Of a stretch of DNA of 64,000 bases, positions 19,264-29,626 are shown piece after piece. Location: assembly GCA_024277655.1 (NCBI GenBank), contig JAJRUT010000007.1:26209-90208 (forward strand), in the 5' to 3' direction. The number at the start of each line of letters is the position of its first letter. The first letter of the stretch is position 1. The notes under the pieces were generated by a model. That model was not told where the DNA came from, ran no database searches, and saw nothing but the letters and a program-made list of their open reading frames with translations. A program made the translations under genes and the position numbers. The DNA is from Deltaproteobacteria bacterium (GTDB lineage Bacteria; Desulfobacterota; Desulfobulbia; Desulfobulbales; SURF-16).

Positions 19264-20928
19264 TTAGTCTTCGGACAAACTCATGGCCTGCAACTGCTCA
19301 TCAATTACAGCAAGATTAACCGCAACCTTCTCGGCTAACTCAACCTGAGGATACTTATCAAGGATCTCCTGGAGCAGTCGCCTTGACTGAGTCAGGTAAG
19401 CAAATCTGCCATTATAATCTTTTGTCCGCCTGGCCTTGATAAAAAGGTTAGCCGCTTCCTTCCGTAGCGCAACAGCTGCAAGAGACGCAGCCTTTTCAAT
19501 CTTCGTCACTGCCCGCCCGTCATATTCTGAACCAAGCAACTCGGAAAAAACGGCAATGGATTCGTCGTACATTTGCATATCGAGGAGATTTAACCCCTCC
19601 TGCCAACGATCGGCAAGGGCCTGAGCCCGCCTTTCTTTCTCCTGTTGAATAAACAAAGCTCGCCCCTCACGAACCACCAGAATCATTTCGTCAATCCGAG
19701 CCTTGGCATCATCTGGAAGGCGGGCCTGTTTCATATTCTGCAACTCGTCCAGGGCCTGCTGAAACTGCTTTTCATCTGCGAGTTCCTGTACATGCAGTAA
19801 GCGAAAACCAACATCATTTCGCGTTTGATCCTCAGCCCGCTCATACAATTTCAATGCCGCAGCGGTATGAATACCACCGGGATACTGAAGTTGCAAATGT
19901 CGCAAGTTCTTCTCAAGCTCCACCGGAATAGAATGGCCATCAAAGGAAAGGTAGGCGTACAAACACTGGGTATACAGAGCTATTTCAGTTGTGTGATCGT
20001 CAGTGGCATAGAGCAGAGCCAACTGATCGGTTACAATCCGGTGGGTCTCCTCCCAGCTACTGAGTACATCGGCAATTGCCAGATATTGGTTCCGCGCCTC
20101 TTCATACTCACCAGAGGCAATCAAAAGCTCGGCAATTTTTAGCCGTAATGGCCACTGTTCTCTGGGATCAAGCCCCTTAACTACAAGGCTAAGCACCTTG
20201 GCAGCATCGTCAAGGCGTCCCATTTTCACCAGGGCAAAGCCATAAATTTGATTTAGTTCAGGACTTAATTCACCCTCCGCTATGTCCTGTAAATTCTCCA
20301 CAGCAAGAACAATACGCTCATAATCCTGTTTGTCATTGTAATAATGAACAATCTCACGCCCCTGCTCCGCCATCTCCGCCTTAAAAACGCCGAGCATGGT
20401 GGGCAAATAAAGCGCCTGTACCCCCCAAACCGTATCACAGTCCTCATTGAGAAAACGGATATCGCACTTACTGGTGGCATAATAGCCTTGGGCCTCTCCA
20501 GATTGCAGGGTCTGATAGCCTCCAGCCAAGGAATGAACCAGCTGATAACAGGCAATAAACTGCTCAGGCTGCTCAAAGCCAACCCCGAGAGTTGCCGTCT
20601 CCTTTACAAGGCCAGCCCATTTGGCCTCTTTATCCTTGTACACCTGGTAACGCTGGGCAATAAAGTCCAGATCAAGCGCATCATCTTCCACATTAAAATC
20701 ATCCGGAAGATCCAGTTGCTCAAAGACATCTGCAAGCTCTTGCTCTTGGCTATCAGCCGCAACTTCGCCAGACTCAGCAACCGTATCCTGCTGGTTGTCA
20801 CCCATAACACCCTCTTGCTGCAACGGATCAAGCCCCGAGCCGGAGGGGGTAGGAGAGGGCTGACACCCTGTAAGCAGCACAAAAAAAAGTGCAATACCAC
20901 CGACATAACTTAAATGATTTTGTTTCAT
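19264..20928 (-). CDS. Hypothetical lipoprotein with an acidic N-terminal linker and a helical-repeat (TPR-like) body
   Basis: 554 aa. Lipobox FVLLTGC at the N-terminus; the helical-repeat character was judged by eye and I recognise no family. Confidence 0.7.
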   Translation of the reverse strand: MKQNHLSYVGGIALFFVLLTGCQPSPTPSGSGLDPLQQEGVMGDNQQDTVAESGEVAADSQEQELADVFEQLDLPDDFNVEDDALDLDFIAQRYQVYKDKEAKWAGLVKETATLGVGFEQPEQFIACYQLVHSLAGGYQTLQSGEAQGYYATSKCDIRFLNEDCDTVWGVQALYLPTMLGVFKAEMAEQGREIVHYYNDKQDYERIVLAVENLQDIAEGELSPELNQIYGFALVKMGRLDDAAKVLSLVVKGLDPREQWPLRLKIAELLIASGEYEEARNQYLAIADVLSSWEETHRIVTDQLALLYATDDHTTEIALYTQCLYAYLSFDGHSIPVELEKNLRHLQLQYPGGIHTAAALKLYERAEDQTRNDVGFRLLHVQELADEKQFQQALDELQNMKQARLPDDAKARIDEMILVVREGRALFIQQEKERRAQALADRWQEGLNLLDMQMYDESIAVFSELLGSEYDGRAVTKIEKAASLAAVALRKEAANLFIKARRTKDYNGRFAYLTQSRRLLQEILDKYPQVELAEKVAVNLAVIDEQLQAMSLSED

Positions 20929-21033
20929 GCTCTGCCACCATTCTCTGTGTTTAGATTGGGAAATGTAACAACTCTACCCATCTTCCGTGAGAGTTGTTCC
21001 GCTAAAAAACTTAACGCCCCAAGACAACATGAC

Positions 21034-24000
21034 CTAATGGCTCCAATAAGGCCTAAAAAAACGTTGTAATTTAACGTCTCCACCCACCCCTATTTCACCA
21101 AAGGTAACAACAGGGGTCTGCATGGTGGCTGGATTTCTTGATCTCGACATCACCCCCCCTCCGCGCACAGCAACAGGAACTTCAATCTGACCAAGCTCTG
21201 GATAAAACAACGGCAATTCCTTAACACCAGAAAAAGAAAGATCTGCCAAATCAAGGGCCTTTGCATAATCTCGATTTAAGATATAATCAGCCGCAACCCT
21301 TGTCCACACAGGTAAAGCGCCGGAGGAACCGGTAATATGCGTGGTTTTCCGCACCATGGGTTTATTATCGTCATACCCCACATAGGCAGCAAGCACCAGA
21401 CCATTATCCAGACTTACCCCACTGCCCTCACCCCGGTGAGCCCCAGGCACAAGACCGGCAAAAGAGGCATTGGTAAACCGATTGGCTGTCCCCGTCTTGC
21501 CCAATACAGGCACCGTAATGTCCATATCAAGCAAATTAGCCTCAATCTCAGGATCACGACTATGGAGATGAATATTGCGGTAGGCATAGCGACCGGTGCC
21601 AAACTTGATAACATTGCGGAGAATATCATTCACAGCAAGGGACGTCCGGGGATCAATAACCATCTCCTTCCTGGTATCGGCCCGATAAACAACCTCACCA
21701 TCATTGGATTCAATCCGCTCAATAAGGCCAACACTGACATTTTGCTGGCCAGCGGTCGAATAGGCCATACCCGAGGTCAACCCTTCATAAATTTTGGCTA
21801 CCTCATTGAGGCTGATCACATTAGAACCCAAAGGAAAGGACAGAACCGGTTGCAAATCACTCTCCACCCCAAGGGCACGACACAGGCCGATGAGATACTC
21901 CAAGCCCACCGTCATCCTAAAGTCCCGCAGCGAATGTAATACTTCAGCACTGTAGGGAGGCAGGGCAGACAGTCTGTCGTACTCGGCCTCCATGGCAACC
22001 CGCACCTGTTCAACCGTCGAAACTTTAAGTTGATTATCAACCCTGACCCTGCGCCAAAACAATTTACGATCATGGGGCAGTAGCCCCCCAACCATCACAC
22101 TGAAAATCTGACTAGAGACTGGCCGCCAGGATGGCTGCGGGGTATCAGAAAAAATAAAGACATACTTACTAAAATCACTGCCAAGCGAAGAGGTTGAGCC
22201 ACTGGACCTGGGTAAATAATAGAGATTTGGTACATATTGATCTAGGGTGGCATCAGGAAATGTCTCCAGGCGCAGCAACATATCATGCAAGTCAATAAGC
22301 CTAGCAAAACTCCGGGCCGCAAGGCGCCTGCGAAGTTTTATTTCTTCATCACCCTTCTCTCCTGTGGCGGCCTCGTCAATGGCCAAGCCATAACCCTTGG
22401 AATAATGGAATTTTTTCAGGATCTCAAACTCAGCTTCATCACCGCCAAAGATCATATCACTTTCAATATTAAATCGCCCCCTCTCAAAGGCCAACTGGTG
22501 GAGAGCCTCCTCACCCACAACAATCCCCATTTCATCACGCACCCGGCGCATATAATGGCTATACGACTCAACAGGACCCTGGCCGAGACCAAGATTTGCA
22601 ACAACTTCTTTAAACTGGCCGGGGGTTAAATGGTCACAGAGATGCTCAAGGAGCCAGACCGTGGCCAGGTTCTCAGAATGCACCCCAGCCCAACTCATGG
22701 AAACACCCGAATGGGGACTTTCGTGATCGGGCCGGGGGAAATAAGGTTTATCGTGAAAAACAAACATATTACGTTCATTGTTCAGTACATCAAGGGAGTT
22801 CCAGCCAAGCTGGATGGCCGCAGCATACACCAATGGCTTAATCGTAGAGCCCATAGCCCGTTTGGCCCGCACGGCCCGATTGAAATAATGATTGGTCATT
22901 CCGCCAACCATGGATTTAACCTTACCCTTCTGGATACTGATTACAGCACCCTGTACAGTGGGGTATTTTTCAAGATGGAAAATACTGCCACCAGACAGGC
23001 GATCAATATCCTGCACACTCACATAGAGGATATCTCCCTCTTTAATTTCCTTAAGAAGCACCTTGATGTCCCCGGCCACAGGCACCGACCAGCGCTGGCG
23101 TTTATAACGAATAAGAGCAGTTAGGGCCGTCTGCAGACCCTCAAGGTCAATCACACCCACGGCATCAGGATCACCAGCCTTACCAAAAGAAACCTGAATC
23201 TTTAGCGGTTTTTTTTCAATCTTATCCACCCGCACGAAGAGAAACTGACCGACCTGCAGTTTTTGAAATCTACCGATAGTTTTTTTGGCATACGCCGATT
23301 GCAACTCCTTACGACTGTAGCCACTTAAGCGGATATCGAGTCTGGAGAGTTCACCCTTCAGGGCTAAGAGACTGGACTCCTGCAGATCCTTGTCAATCGT
23401 CGTAATCACCCGAATACCTGAGGTAGCAATATTATCAATGCCGTGTTCCTCAAAGGCCGCTTCAATGATCGGGTCAGCAAGAGCATCCTTGACCAAATCC
23501 ATCACCGTATTGGTGGAGTAACGGGTTCGTCCTTCCTTGAATGGAATTTCCTGATTTAAAGCACGTTGATAGGCATTGGCGTCGATATAATGCAGTTTAT
23601 ACATCTGGCCAAGAACATAGGCTGTCCGCTTGCGGGAGTCGAGTCGCGCCTTGTCCGCAGCCTTCTCATTCTTTTTGATATGGGGATTATAATAGTTTGG
23701 TTTCTTTACCGAACCGGCAATAAAGGCGGCTTCGACAAGATTCAGTTGCTCCACCTCTTTATCGAAATAGTAGCGTGCTGCCACACCAAGACCACGACCA
23801 TTACCACTTACATAAAACTGGTTGGTGTAAAATTCGAGAATTTTTTCTTTGGGATAATGGTACTCCAGACGAAAGGCATACAGTAATTCCTTCAGCTTTT
23901 CCTTCAGAGAACGACCCTTACGCTTAAACAGGTTCTTTGCCGTCTGTTGGGTGATGGTGGAACCACCCTGCACCCAGCGGCCAGCCTTGAGATTGACCAA

Positions 24001-24336
24001 GATCGCCCGACTGATACCCAGAACATCAACACCGAAGTGACTAAAGAACTCATGATCTTCAGAAGAAACAATGGCGTTGATAAATTTTTCAGGAATGCGC
24101 TTGTAGGGGACATACTGTCGGTGAGATTCCTGAAAGAAAACCCCTATTTTAGAGGCCCCATCGTTATAAAAGACAGGGCTCTCCATGGCCAGAATCTTAT
24201 CGATACTACCCTGTTCAATCGCCTCTCCAGGATGGGCAACAACAAACCAGTAATAACTTCCAGCAAGGGAAAGGACAGCAAGTGCTGTGAGAATTATAGT
24301 CGCCTTAGTGGCAATAAAAAGTAGTCGTTTAAACAT
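21034..24336 (-). CDS. Class A penicillin-binding protein (PBP1A-type transglycosylase/transpeptidase), unusually long
   Basis: 1100 aa. GT51 motifs EDHEFFSHFGVD and GGSTITQQTAKN. Transpeptidase motifs S497-TIK, S554-EN and K947-TG. Confidence 0.9.
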   Translation of the reverse strand: MFKRLLFIATKATIILTALAVLSLAGSYYWFVVAHPGEAIEQGSIDKILAMESPVFYNDGASKIGVFFQESHRQYVPYKRIPEKFINAIVSSEDHEFFSHFGVDVLGISRAILVNLKAGRWVQGGSTITQQTAKNLFKRKGRSLKEKLKELLYAFRLEYHYPKEKILEFYTNQFYVSGNGRGLGVAARYYFDKEVEQLNLVEAAFIAGSVKKPNYYNPHIKKNEKAADKARLDSRKRTAYVLGQMYKLHYIDANAYQRALNQEIPFKEGRTRYSTNTVMDLVKDALADPIIEAAFEEHGIDNIATSGIRVITTIDKDLQESSLLALKGELSRLDIRLSGYSRKELQSAYAKKTIGRFQKLQVGQFLFVRVDKIEKKPLKIQVSFGKAGDPDAVGVIDLEGLQTALTALIRYKRQRWSVPVAGDIKVLLKEIKEGDILYVSVQDIDRLSGGSIFHLEKYPTVQGAVISIQKGKVKSMVGGMTNHYFNRAVRAKRAMGSTIKPLVYAAAIQLGWNSLDVLNNERNMFVFHDKPYFPRPDHESPHSGVSMSWAGVHSENLATVWLLEHLCDHLTPGQFKEVVANLGLGQGPVESYSHYMRRVRDEMGIVVGEEALHQLAFERGRFNIESDMIFGGDEAEFEILKKFHYSKGYGLAIDEAATGEKGDEEIKLRRRLAARSFARLIDLHDMLLRLETFPDATLDQYVPNLYYLPRSSGSTSSLGSDFSKYVFIFSDTPQPSWRPVSSQIFSVMVGGLLPHDRKLFWRRVRVDNQLKVSTVEQVRVAMEAEYDRLSALPPYSAEVLHSLRDFRMTVGLEYLIGLCRALGVESDLQPVLSFPLGSNVISLNEVAKIYEGLTSGMAYSTAGQQNVSVGLIERIESNDGEVVYRADTRKEMVIDPRTSLAVNDILRNVIKFGTGRYAYRNIHLHSRDPEIEANLLDMDITVPVLGKTGTANRFTNASFAGLVPGAHRGEGSGVSLDNGLVLAAYVGYDDNKPMVRKTTHITGSSGALPVWTRVAADYILNRDYAKALDLADLSFSGVKELPLFYPELGQIEVPVAVRGGGVMSRSRNPATMQTPVVTFGEIGVGGDVKLQRFFRPYWSH

Positions 24337-24688
24337 GAAATAAAATATTTTAGAGGATGCCCTCCACCTGATTAATACTGCAGGTATTATGTGCTGAACC
24401 AGAGTTCACCACATTGCCATTAACACCAAGCATAAAAAAAACATGAGCTAGGCATAATGATCCATTAAAGCAACAACATCAAGACTAAACCTGCCGTAAT
24501 TATTATTTATTTGCGGAAGGGAAAGTCGTTCTATGGTAAAAGAGAGTAGAAAGTTTCGTTATGTTCAAACTTGAAAGCTATTGCATAGTCGCTTGTCCTC
24601 AGGTAAAAAGGTCGATGTTTTTTGCTGTTTAATCACTTGTTTCTCTATGGAAACAAGCCCCTAATGACATGAGATATACCATTACAAT

Positions 24689-26338
24689 ATGCGCTATCTA
24701 CCCCTAATAATTACATTTTCACTTACCTCATTTTTGTCCGGCTGTCTGCCACAGCAGCAGGACACCTCTGCCCGAATCGCCCCCATTGAACACATCACCG
24801 TCCCTGCCATTGGCGGGATTGCCGAGGACATGACTCTCCCTGAGCCAAGCGCAACGGTGGCGGAGGAGATCAAAGAACTCACCCGCCTTGGTGACTGGCA
24901 AGAAGGACATGAGGTGGCGAAGCCGCAAAAGGCTGAAATAACCTACGATTTTCCGGTCACGATGAATAAACAGGTGGAATTCTACCTGGATTTCTTCCAG
25001 AACCGGCAACATGCAACCTTTAGAACATGGCTGGAACGTTCAGGTCGTTATGTCCCCTACATCCAGACCGAGCTCAAAAAAGCAGGCCTGCCCCTTGACC
25101 TTGCCTACCTGCCCATGATTGAAAGTGGCTATAGATTAACCGCCTATTCCAGGGCAAGAGCTGCGGGCCCATGGCAATTTATGCGGGCCACCGCTCGCCA
25201 TTATGGCCTCACAGTAAACACCTATGTTGACGAACGTCGCGACCCTGTTCGTTCCACCGAAGCGGCCATCGCCTTCCTCTCGGATCTCCATGACCGGTTC
25301 GGAGATTGGTCCCTTGCCGTTGCTGCCTATAATGCCGGCGGTGGCAAGATTAGTAACGGACTGCGCCGTCACAAGGTTGATAATTTTTGGGATCTCGCCT
25401 CCCAACGTTACCTGCGAACTGAAACCAAACTGTACGTTCCCAAACTTATTGCCGCCATCATCATCGCTAAAGACCCAGAGACCTATGGTTTCACTGACAT
25501 TAACTACCACCCCCCCATGGAATATGAGATAGCCATGGTGCCCCGCTGGACCTCATTACGATCAGTAACCGTTGCCAGCAACATCAACTACGACACCCTG
25601 CATAACCTGAACCGACAACTACGCAAGCGGATCACCCCCCCCGGGACGGCAAGCTACCCCCTGAAAGTCCCCATGGGCACAAAAGATGTTATTGCCAAAA
25701 ATCTCCACCGGGTCTACCCGCTGATCAAGACAGAATATAAAACCCATATCGTTAAGAGCAATGATACCCTTAGTGGTATATGCAGGAAGTACAATATCCG
25801 CAAGCTCACGCTTATAAAGACCAACAATCTTGAATCGGCCAAACTCCGTAAAGGGCAACGGCTTCGTATCCCCCACCAGACCACAAGGTATGTCCTGTGG
25901 AATAAGGATGGCTCCCCCCCCCTTGCCGCCGCAGAGACCAACCTTATCCTCCATAAAATCAGACCGGGTGAAACCGTCTCCATCATCTCCAAAAAATATA
26001 ACGTTCCCATGCACATGATCGCCATTTGGAATGATCTGGAGAATATGGCTCAGATTAGAGCCGGGCAACAGTTGGCCATTTACCTTGAAGAAGGGCAGAA
26101 CCCCAAGCAAACCACGGTTGACGTGGTCAAACCAGCCAAAAAAACGGTTCTCGCCTCCACGGAAAGAACCATATCAGACGGTAAGGTTATTTATTATCAC
26201 GTGAAATCAGGAGATACACTCTGGACCATCTCTCGCCAGTTCAGACTCCAAATGGATCAGATCAGACGCTGGAACAGCCTGAAAAGTGATGTTATTCATC
26301 CGGGAACAAAGCTTCTGGTAAAAACAGCGGCCCTGTAA
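24689..26338 (+). CDS. mltD: Membrane-bound lytic murein transglycosylase D-like lipoprotein (SLT domain plus 3 LysM)
   Basis: Lipobox SFLSGC, SLT catalytic region LPMIESGYRLTAYSRARAAGPWQFM...AAYNAGGG, and three C-terminal LysM repeats. Confidence 0.88.
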   Translation: MRYLPLIITFSLTSFLSGCLPQQQDTSARIAPIEHITVPAIGGIAEDMTLPEPSATVAEEIKELTRLGDWQEGHEVAKPQKAEITYDFPVTMNKQVEFYLDFFQNRQHATFRTWLERSGRYVPYIQTELKKAGLPLDLAYLPMIESGYRLTAYSRARAAGPWQFMRATARHYGLTVNTYVDERRDPVRSTEAAIAFLSDLHDRFGDWSLAVAAYNAGGGKISNGLRRHKVDNFWDLASQRYLRTETKLYVPKLIAAIIIAKDPETYGFTDINYHPPMEYEIAMVPRWTSLRSVTVASNINYDTLHNLNRQLRKRITPPGTASYPLKVPMGTKDVIAKNLHRVYPLIKTEYKTHIVKSNDTLSGICRKYNIRKLTLIKTNNLESAKLRKGQRLRIPHQTTRYVLWNKDGSPPLAAAETNLILHKIRPGETVSIISKKYNVPMHMIAIWNDLENMAQIRAGQQLAIYLEEGQNPKQTTVDVVKPAKKTVLASTERTISDGKVIYYHVKSGDTLWTISRQFRLQMDQIRRWNSLKSDVIHPGTKLLVKTAAL

Positions 26339-27159
26339 TGGATTTAAGAGGCAAAACCGCTCTGGTATGTGGTGCCAGCCGTTACCTGGGACGTCATCTC
26401 GCCAGAGACCTTGCCTCTCAGGGTGCCAAACTCATTCTCCCATACTACGACTGGCCGGAATCCATCCGTGAAATGCAGAAGGAGTTCGCCTCCCACCTGT
26501 GCCTCCAAGCCGACCTGCGTAAACCCCAAGATGTCCAGCAGCTCCTGAATAAAACGTGCCAGACATATAAGCGGCTCGATATTGTCATCAACAATATTGA
26601 GCGTGGCGGGATGCCCATTGTCCACGGACCCTACACTCCTGAACAGTGGGATCTTGAGATGGAGACCACCCTCAAGGCCAAGTGGCTTATCTTCCAGGAA
26701 TCCCTGCCCCTTCTAAAAAAACAACCCTCCCTCGTCATCAACATCTCATCCATTGCCGGAATTGTTGGCCGTACAGGTGTGGCAGGTCTTCTTTTTAATG
26801 ATGGTTATGCCGCCGCCAATCGGGGAATCAGCTCTTTTACTGAAACCTGGGCCAAACAGGGTGCCCCCGAAATTCGGGTCAATGAGATCATGCTGGGCTT
26901 GTTTGCTGGCAGGCACGGAGAATCCACCAGGGGCTGGTCACTTCTATCCGCTGAGGACAGGGAGCAACTTATAAAAGAAACCCCACTTAGAAGAACAGGC
27001 CAAGCAGAGGATTTAGTCAGAGCAATGAACTTTCTAATCCACGATGCCCCCTTTATGACGGGAACCGTTCTACGACTTGATGGCGGGTATAGTTTGGGCG
27101 GACAGGATGTGCCCAAAATGCCAGGTGGTCTGGATGAAGACCTCGCTATCCAGAAATAA
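26338..27159 (+). CDS. Short-chain dehydrogenase/reductase (SDR) family oxidoreductase
   Basis: 273 aa with an SDR-like layout (glycine-rich N-terminus, NISS, YAAAN). Confidence 0.8.
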   Translation: MDLRGKTALVCGASRYLGRHLARDLASQGAKLILPYYDWPESIREMQKEFASHLCLQADLRKPQDVQQLLNKTCQTYKRLDIVINNIERGGMPIVHGPYTPEQWDLEMETTLKAKWLIFQESLPLLKKQPSLVINISSIAGIVGRTGVAGLLFNDGYAAANRGISSFTETWAKQGAPEIRVNEIMLGLFAGRHGESTRGWSLLSAEDREQLIKETPLRRTGQAEDLVRAMNFLIHDAPFMTGTVLRLDGGYSLGGQDVPKMPGGLDEDLAIQK

Positions 27160-27183
27160 AAAAAGCCCAGCAACCTGCTGGGC
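27158..27183 (-). terminator. Probable terminator for the minus-strand gene at 27268-27594
   Basis: Stem GCCCAGCA / TGCTGGGC (27165-27183). On the minus strand it is followed by T7. Confidence 0.55.
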
Positions 27184-27267
27184 GTTGGGCCTTTCACTCT
27201 ACTCACAAACCATATTAAAATGCCCTGTCTAACCTCATGCTGAACATGAGGCTAAAACATTTGCCAT

Positions 27268-27594
27268 TCAATCAGCACATTTGCCATCACAATTTGGCGA
27301 GCTTGAGTTTTCCTGTCTCTCTTTACGCCTCAGCAAATCCTGCAAGGCCCATTTGGGGATCTGATTCATAATCACCTCCACACAGGCCGACTTCACGCTT
27401 TCAGGGTCTTTCGGTTTTTCAGGCTTGGCCTCGCGGAGCACCTCTTCGGCATTATACCAACACAGCTCCGCCCCCTCCTTATCATAAACCGTCAGAATAC
27501 GGGTGTTCACTTCATGGAGGTGTTCTTCTTCCACCACGTTACCAATAATCTGCATGGCCACTTCATAGGGAATAAAATCAGATTCATCAGACAT
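27268..27594 (-). CDS. Hypothetical protein
   Basis: 108 aa from the ATG at 27594 (the track start is a GTG one codon earlier), with a GAGG SD 9 nt upstream. I recognise no family. Confidence 0.5.
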   Translation of the reverse strand: MSDESDFIPYEVAMQIIGNVVEEEHLHEVNTRILTVYDKEGAELCWYNAEEVLREAKPEKPKDPESVKSACVEVIMNQIPKWALQDLLRRKERQENSSSPNCDGKCAD

Positions 27595-27743
27595 CACTAT
27601 AACCTCAACTTCTTGTATTAATTAGTGCCTTACATCGAACAAGGCGTCATAAAAAATAAACCACTGGAAAAAGACTTATAAAATAATAATGTTACACCTA
27701 CTTCCAAGCCACTTATCCAATCCGTAATTTCCGTTTTAGCCGG

Positions 27744-28793
27744 TTAACAATTACGATTCAATGTTTTAGGTTCGAAAATCCGTTGATACAGATCAAGGGC
27801 AAAGCGGTCGGTCATGGAAGCCAAAAAGTCAGCAACCCGCCGTTCATGGGAGGTTGACTCCGCAAAACCACCTATTTTTTGTTCAAGCTCAGCGCTATTA
27901 TCCATATAATAGCCAAACAACTCCCGTAACACCTTGGAGGCCTTGATAAATTCATTATGAACCTGCTCAGCGCGATAGACCTTATGGTAGAGGAACTGGC
28001 GCATCTCATGCATGGCATCACCAACCCGCCCCTCCACGCCAAACACCAAACTCGTATCACCGGGGATTGTCCCACCAAGAACTCCCTCAATCATCGTCAC
28101 AACCCGTCGCGAATGAACCCGCCCCAAAACATGCTGACACTCTTCCGGGATATCGGCCTCACAAATCACGCCGCTGTGAATAGCATCATCAAGATCATGG
28201 GCCAGATAGGCAATAATATCGGCATAACGCACCACCGACCCCTCAGCGGTCTCTGGCATTTCCTTGGAACTAGACGGCAGAACGTCACCATAGCCCTTGG
28301 AGTGCTTGACAATCCCGTCCCGAACCTCATAGGTCAGGTTCAGCCCGGCACCATCATTTTCCAGCACATCCACCACTCGCAGAGATTGACGATAATGGGA
28401 AAAACCACCGGACATCAAATCATTTAAAACCGTTTCTCCGGCATGGCCAAAGGGAGTGTGACCAAGATCGTGCCCCAGGGCAATAGCTTCGGCCAGATCT
28501 TCATTCAAACACAGGGCCCGACACATGGTTCTGGCTATTTCAGACACTTCAAGGGTGTGGGTAAGGCGGGTACGATAATGATCGTCAGCCGGGGCAAGAA
28601 AGACCTGGGTTTTATATTTTAACCGGCGAAACGCCTTGGAATAGACAATACGATTACGATCACGCTGAAAAACAGTACGCAGGGAGCATGGTTTCTCATA
28701 TATGATCCGCCCCCGGCTCTTGGAGGAGAGGCAACTATAGGGAGAAAGATACTCCAGCTCCCGCTGTTCTATGGTGGCACGTACGTTTAACAT
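27744..28793 (-). CDS. dgt: dGTP triphosphohydrolase-like HD-domain protein
   Basis: 349 aa. HD motif region RTRLTHTLEVSEIAR...LGHDLGHTPFGHAGE, typical of short Dgt-like proteins. Confidence 0.88.
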   Translation of the reverse strand: MLNVRATIEQRELEYLSPYSCLSSKSRGRIIYEKPCSLRTVFQRDRNRIVYSKAFRRLKYKTQVFLAPADDHYRTRLTHTLEVSEIARTMCRALCLNEDLAEAIALGHDLGHTPFGHAGETVLNDLMSGGFSHYRQSLRVVDVLENDGAGLNLTYEVRDGIVKHSKGYGDVLPSSSKEMPETAEGSVVRYADIIAYLAHDLDDAIHSGVICEADIPEECQHVLGRVHSRRVVTMIEGVLGGTIPGDTSLVFGVEGRVGDAMHEMRQFLYHKVYRAEQVHNEFIKASKVLRELFGYYMDNSAELEQKIGGFAESTSHERRVADFLASMTDRFALDLYQRIFEPKTLNRNC

Positions 28794-28982
28794 TTTTCCA
28801 TAACTTGATTTTAAAGTAGTGGTCGCTTTTTACCATAAATTGCAGAAAAATCGACATTTATCAGGCAACCTGTGGACAAAAGCGTTTTGTGGCTTGACCA
28901 ACACCTGGATTTATGAAATTCTGCCAAAACGAAAACGGGGCGACATGAACCCTATTCAACAAGAACCTCAGGGCCAGACTTA

Positions 28983-29549
28983 ATGGCTACGCAATTATCT
29001 AACCAGGCCCTGCTGAAAGATGTCCCCCAAACAGGAGCAGTTATGTCAGGGAAACACGAGAAACATATGGAGTCTGCCTTAAACGAGGCAAGAGAAGCCC
29101 TGCAGGACAATGAATTCCCTGTGGGGTGTGTGATTATCCATAACGCTAAAATCATAGCCACGGGTTCAAGAAAACGCAGCCAGGAGGCCAATGAGATGGA
29201 CCATGCCGAGATCCTCGCCCTGCGCGAACTAATCACCAGCAGACCAGATATCAGCCCCAATGAAGTAACGGTGTATTCGACGCTGGAACCATGCCTAATG
29301 TGTTATGCCACCATGATAATAAGTGGCGTCCGCCACATCGTCTATGGCTACGAAGATGCCATGGGTGGAGGTACGGATCTCAACCTTGCAGCTCTGCCCT
29401 ACCTCTACAAAAAAATGGATATTGAAATCACGCCATTTGTGTTACGTAAACCCTCACTTATGCTGTTTAAAGAATTTTTCAGCCAAAGCAGCAACGACTA
29501 TCTCCAGGATACGATGCTAGCAGAATACACCCGAGACCAACCCATTTAA
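28983..29549 (+). CDS. CMP/dCMP-type zinc deaminase (TadA/nucleoside deaminase-like)
   Basis: HAE (DHAEILALRE) and PCxxC (TLEPCLMCYATM) zinc motifs. The true start may be an internal Met (29043 or 29067). The C-terminal ~60 aa are not typical of TadA. Confidence 0.8.
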   Translation: MATQLSNQALLKDVPQTGAVMSGKHEKHMESALNEAREALQDNEFPVGCVIIHNAKIIATGSRKRSQEANEMDHAEILALRELITSRPDISPNEVTVYSTLEPCLMCYATMIISGVRHIVYGYEDAMGGGTDLNLAALPYLYKKMDIEITPFVLRKPSLMLFKEFFSQSSNDYLQDTMLAEYTRDQPI

Positions 29550-29626
29550 TCTTTTAAACCACTAACAAACACGGATACACTCCAATATTTTGCACCACCG
29601 CACCTGTAGTCAACTCGTGCCACTTT

